A DNA stretch of 61,686 nucleotides, the filler included, from Globobulimina sp. (Eukaryota), in NCBI GenBank assembly GCA_003354225.1. It is 14 parts of 14 records of this genome, joined end to end, with 100 filler letters (N's around TTAATTAATTAA, not from the genome) between each part and the next. Parts side by side here need not be neighbours in the genome. Positions count along the whole stretch, not along the records: positions 57,384 to 61,686 come from PIVH01001371.1; 13 more parts are not named here. One strand, written 5' to 3'. The translations under genes were made by a program, and so were the position numbers. Within the stretch, counting starts at the first letter, position 1. Each line of letters begins with the position of its first letter. Below, piece after piece: positions 57,709 through 61,686 of this stretch. The notes under the pieces were generated by a model, which saw nothing but the letters and a program-made list of their open reading frames with translations, was not told the DNA's origin and did not search any database.

Positions 57709-58914
57709 TTAATGATAATCACTATCATTAACAGTCATTTGTAAAGATGCTTGTTGCTTTGCTAACCTCTTTGCTTCATCCGCAAATCTTTTGGTTCTTC
57801 TGTTATTTATAACCACCAAAATAACCGCAACAATCACTACAACAAAAAATTCTTTATGGTCCAACAAAATCCCAAATTGCATCCCAATATATAAAAACAA
57901 GAATATTACAGTTTGAATAAATACATTCACAAATGCGTTTTCAGCCATCATTCGCTCATAAATTTGATATTCCAATCGTTTCAATTCATTTTTCGCCCCT
58001 AAACCTGCTATCTCATCCTCGTCATTTTCCTCATCCCCATCAATTGTAGAAGTAAAATCAACTTTGATTTGATACAATTTATCATGGATTGCAGGATGCG
58101 CTCGAATTAATCCATACACCCATTCAGACGTTTCGACTAAAAAAAACACAGCAATCGCTTTCTCAAACGCTTCAATAGAAGTTCTAGCCAACGCAATAAT
58201 AACTAATGATGCCATTGACCCCGTTAACCACACAATTAATTTAGTAATAGTCAATGTTACCGCCAGCCACTTTTGTTTATGGTAATATGGTAAATGCTTG
58301 GACAACGTCACTAATTTTCCAGTTTGATTTAATCCCTTAAATAGATATAAAACCATACAAACATCAGCCACTAACTGCGAAAATAACACAGATAAATCAA
58401 CATCATCTGGCTCTGTGGGGTCAGTGTCTAATAAAGTTAAATCTGCGTAGGAAATGTCCATTGTATAATTATACGTTGCGTTGAGTAGTGTGAAATCCAC
58501 CACACCGCTGTCTAAATATACTTGTGTTCCTTGACCTATTAAATTCGCAACAGCGAAATCTGTCGCGTCATTGTATAACACAAAGAAACCGCCAACTTGG
58601 ATTACTGTAATTAAGCATAAAAAGAAAGAAAATATTGCTTTGTCGCAAGGTGAAAATCGAGCTTGCCATATTGATTGAGGCCCTTTTTCGGTGGATACCA
58701 TTGTGGCTCTCAGGATTGCAAATGTGTTATAAATATCTTTTTTGATTTCTAAAGTTTGAACACCAGTTTCAATATCATTTTGTTCAGATGTAGCTGTTGT
58801 GTTTTGTTTCTCCTCTTTGTGGACTTCTGTGTTTATCGCGTTTCGCGGTGTAGGTTCGGTCTCTGTTTGTTGTGCTTCTAGTGTTGTTGTTGTTGTTTGT
58901 TCAATTTCTGACAT
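57709..58914 (-). CDS. Multi-pass membrane protein of unknown function
   Basis: 401-aa ATG ORF with about 6 hydrophobic segments and the motif AIAVFFLVETSEWVY. Confidence 0.75.
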   Translation of the reverse strand: MSEIEQTTTTTLEAQQTETEPTPRNAINTEVHKEEKQNTTATSEQNDIETGVQTLEIKKDIYNTFAILRATMVSTEKGPQSIWQARFSPCDKAIFSFFLCLITVIQVGGFFVLYNDATDFAVANLIGQGTQVYLDSGVVDFTLLNATYNYTMDISYADLTLLDTDPTEPDDVDLSVLFSQLVADVCMVLYLFKGLNQTGKLVTLSKHLPYYHKQKWLAVTLTITKLIVWLTGSMASLVIIALARTSIEAFEKAIAVFFLVETSEWVYGLIRAHPAIHDKLYQIKVDFTSTIDGDEENDEDEIAGLGAKNELKRLEYQIYERMMAENAFVNVFIQTVIFLFLYIGMQFGILLDHKEFFVVVIVAVILVVINNRRTKRFADEAKRLAKQQASLQMTVNDSDYH

Positions 58915-58974
58915 TGAATAAGTAGTATTTTACTTGTGAGTTGTGATTCAAGAGTTTTTTGAAAACTTAAAATA

Positions 58975-59730
58975 TCATTTTATGAGTGTAAATACTTCCA
59001 TTTCTCTGAGTTTGAATGGATATCTATAACTTGTTCCGACAATTGTCTTTCCAGCATTCAATTCATAGCTAGTACCTCCACTATCAACTACACAATTACT
59101 GCCTGCATTTATTGTCGCTGAATTCTTAACAACAACGGTAGTGTGTCCATCTCCGAAATATACAACAAATCCATATCTATCATAAGTGATTGCTTTGTGT
59201 TGGTGTCCTTCTCTCAATAGAAATATCTCAGGCTTCGTTGATGCAGTTCCTGATAATACAAATAAAAATGCATTTTCATCTCGTAAGTGCTTCCCAGTGT
59301 GACATTCAACACTTGAATATGCTCCAAATATATAATCATCCAATGATTGAAACAGGAATAAATATGGCGGATTTCCTTTTACTTTTCTATAAAAAACATC
59401 ATTGCCATCACCATCTCGACTCACTCTCAATAATAACCTCGCATTCTCCAATATTGTATGTGTCAGTCGTTGAGATAATAAATCCAATAAAACAATTTGT
59501 TGATCATCGTCAAGGATTTTCGAATCGAATATTTTTTGTAAATAATAGTAACGAAAACATAGTGAATGAATATCGATTGGAATCTGCAATGTTTTGTTCA
59601 GAAACGATTCGATTCGATGATTAAATCCGAAGACCAATAACTTTAACAAATCTTATATGAATCTAATGAATATGTTATCGAATTTAATGCATACATTTGT
59701 TTCATATTTCTGCAAATGTCTTGTCGTCAT
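58975..59730 (-). CDS. TLDc-domain protein (intron 59641-59694)
   Basis: LLLRVSRDG, YIFGAYS, DENAFLF, YFGDGH and FKLREMEVF. Spliced start MTTRHLQKYETN-LLVFGF. Confidence 0.9.
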
Positions 59731-59812
59731 GAGATGGCCAGTCAGTTCAGTGAAAAATTGAAAGCATCCTTGCACTCAGAAACACTAATCACACATTTTA
59801 CAATTTTATTAA

Positions 59813-60917
59813 TTAATAAGTACAAACACAAATGAATTGGACAACACCCGCCGGAACATAGGGCACAATGTCATGTTCCTTTGATGTGCAGACACTCTCT
59901 AAGGTCGAATGTATGGCGGTATACAATAATCTCTTGACATAATTTATAATCCTTTTATCAACGCGATACACAAAGCATTGATCCAATAATGTCCGCCCTT
60001 TATAATCAGTCCTATATAGTTGAGGGAAATTTTTCTGATCATTATCATTGTCACAGTTATTCAATAACAATTTGCTAATCTTAAAATTATTAATCTGCAC
60101 TGCAATCATTGTGCAACATTTTTGTCTGAAATTATAAATATTAATATTTGGTGTTGGCAGTGGATTTTCTTTCGATAACAACAAATGCGTCACATTATAA
60201 TGTCTCTTTGCCACTGCTTTCATCAACGGAGTGTATCCTTTGTTGTCCATTGAATTCAAATCGCATTTAAGATGTTTATAATTTATCAATAATTTAACAA
60301 TCTCAATATCGCCTTTATCGCAGGCGATGAAAATTGGTGTTTGGTTGTTCGTATTAGTTCGAACATTCACATCGCAAACTTGTTCATGGACGGCACAGTC
60401 AAGCAACAATTCAATGCAATATTTCCTGGATCGCTTCGTTGCTGCATATAACGCTGAAATGCCTTCGGGATTGTCGTTGTAATTTATATTTTTTATTTTT
60501 TTGGTCGAAAGTAGCAATTTTACAATGCGGCCGTATCCATTGGAACAAGCTTGAATTAATACAGATTTTTTATTTTTTTTATCAATACAATTTGGATCGG
60601 CACCGCGCGATAATAATTTTTGAACCATTGAGGTGCGGTTATTGTGAGCTGCTAACATCAATAATGTCCATTGCGATTTGCCATTACCTACTCCCTGATT
60701 GATACTTGGAAATGAGTCGATCAATAAATCAAAAGCACTTTCATCATTCTGATATATTGATGAAATTAATTGGAAATTTAGTTTAAATTCTGTGTGTTTG
60801 TTGGTTTAATTTTTAATATTATGATCGAGGGTATATATGCAGTATTGTCATACGTTCTGTTTGCTGTGTTTGCGTTATTTTTGCCTGGAAATATTGTCGT
60901 GTTCCTTGATGAGCCAT
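59813..60917 (-). CDS. Ankyrin-repeat protein (intron 60790-60853)
   Basis: TLLMLAA..GADPN, SALYAA, TPIFIAC..GDIEIVKLL and GYTPLMKAV. Spliced start MAHQGTRQYF. Confidence 0.92.
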
Positions 60918-61150
60918 GAGAAATTAACACGATTTTGTAACTCGTATTGTTGAAGAAATGATAAGCTACAAAGGTGTCTATTTGCAAAGATGTAGCTGTG
61001 GACTCTGGAGTTTTTACCTTTAATATTTTCAGAACAAGCATGGATGATTTCGAGGTGTCGGTAATTTCAAACTTCATCAAATTAAATAACAGAATTGAAA
61101 GTTATATTATAGGATCTTAATTCAGTTAATTGTTCCTCACATTCCAATCC

Positions 61151-61470
61151 TTATCCAGTACAAGTCCACAAATTTGGATCTTGAAAGTTATTCAAATGAA
61201 ACCAAGCATTTGCTCCATATTTCACTCCTTTATCAACTGCCTGTGCTTCGTGGTATGTCCTTACATCAATTTTGGAAGCATCTTCATCCAACACTGACGG
61301 CCACAATATAACACGCCCCAATTTGGGCATATTTGTAATGCCTAACTTAGGGAAACTTGTCCCACCGCCACTCTCCACATCCGATAGATACATAAACCAG
61401 GTCAATATACGAGGACCACACGGCATTCCCACTTGATTCGCCACATAATCATGATGCGTTTTATAATTAA
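61151..61470 (-). CDS. Prolyl 4-hydroxylase catalytic C-terminal part
   Basis: HHDY, RILTWFMYLSDVESGGGTSFP, PKLGRVILW and HEAQAVDKGVKYGANAW. The upstream exon was not identifiable. Confidence 0.85.
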
Positions 61471-61686
61471 TGAAATGGTATAAACTCACAAATCTAATAA
61501 TAAGTGAAGTTTAGATGGCTGATATAGAGGAACTATCCAGTGAGGCCAATTAATTTTTGTTTGTTTCTTGATAATTAGTTGTTATTTTTGCAATTAAATG
61601 AGACGGAAAATGAGAAATGATAAAATTAAATTAATCAATACAATGTGTGAGGTCAGAGAATTGATGTGTTGAGCACCTCCTGCCAT

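Overview
This window is not one locus. It is 14 unrelated contigs of about 4.3 kb (4318 down to 4303 bp, sorted by length), joined by 13 artificial 100-nt linkers (N44-TTAATTAATTAA-N44), so adjacency across a linker means nothing. The DNA is AT-rich, gene-dense and eukaryotic, uses the standard code, and has many short GT-AG introns (mostly 50-92 nt). Gene content and style suggest a protist, most plausibly a foraminiferan/rhizarian (inference). Recognisable genes include a myosin, a degenerate G-alpha, a Cys-rich membrane receptor, an HMG-box/histone-fold fusion, a FAIM-like Q/N-rich protein, a disrupted ABC1 kinase, two Ser/Thr kinases, ATR, PRMT3, MZT1 (missed by the ORF track), a PLS/E-like PPR protein, GH31, GH76, a Rho/Rac GTPase, a SPRY-SPRY-Trx-like protein, phosphatidylserine synthase, a ferric-reductase-like flavoprotein, TLDc and ankyrin proteins, and a prolyl 4-hydroxylase fragment. 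Mobile elements are an RLE-type non-LTR retrotransposon 3' end, an intron-containing Sola-like transposase and MITE-like repeats. The best candidates for novelty are: (1) a >1200-aa seven-exon acidic D/Y-rich polyprotein punctuated by RRxL motifs, reminiscent of processed biomineral/cement precursors; (2) a pseudo-GTPase G-alpha 76 bp head-to-head with a candidate adhesion-type receptor; (3) a short 'PxDI' helical module shared by unrelated proteins; and (4) an inverted-repeat-flanked cassette carrying a tRNA-like element. All family calls come from reading motifs by eye; no searches were run.
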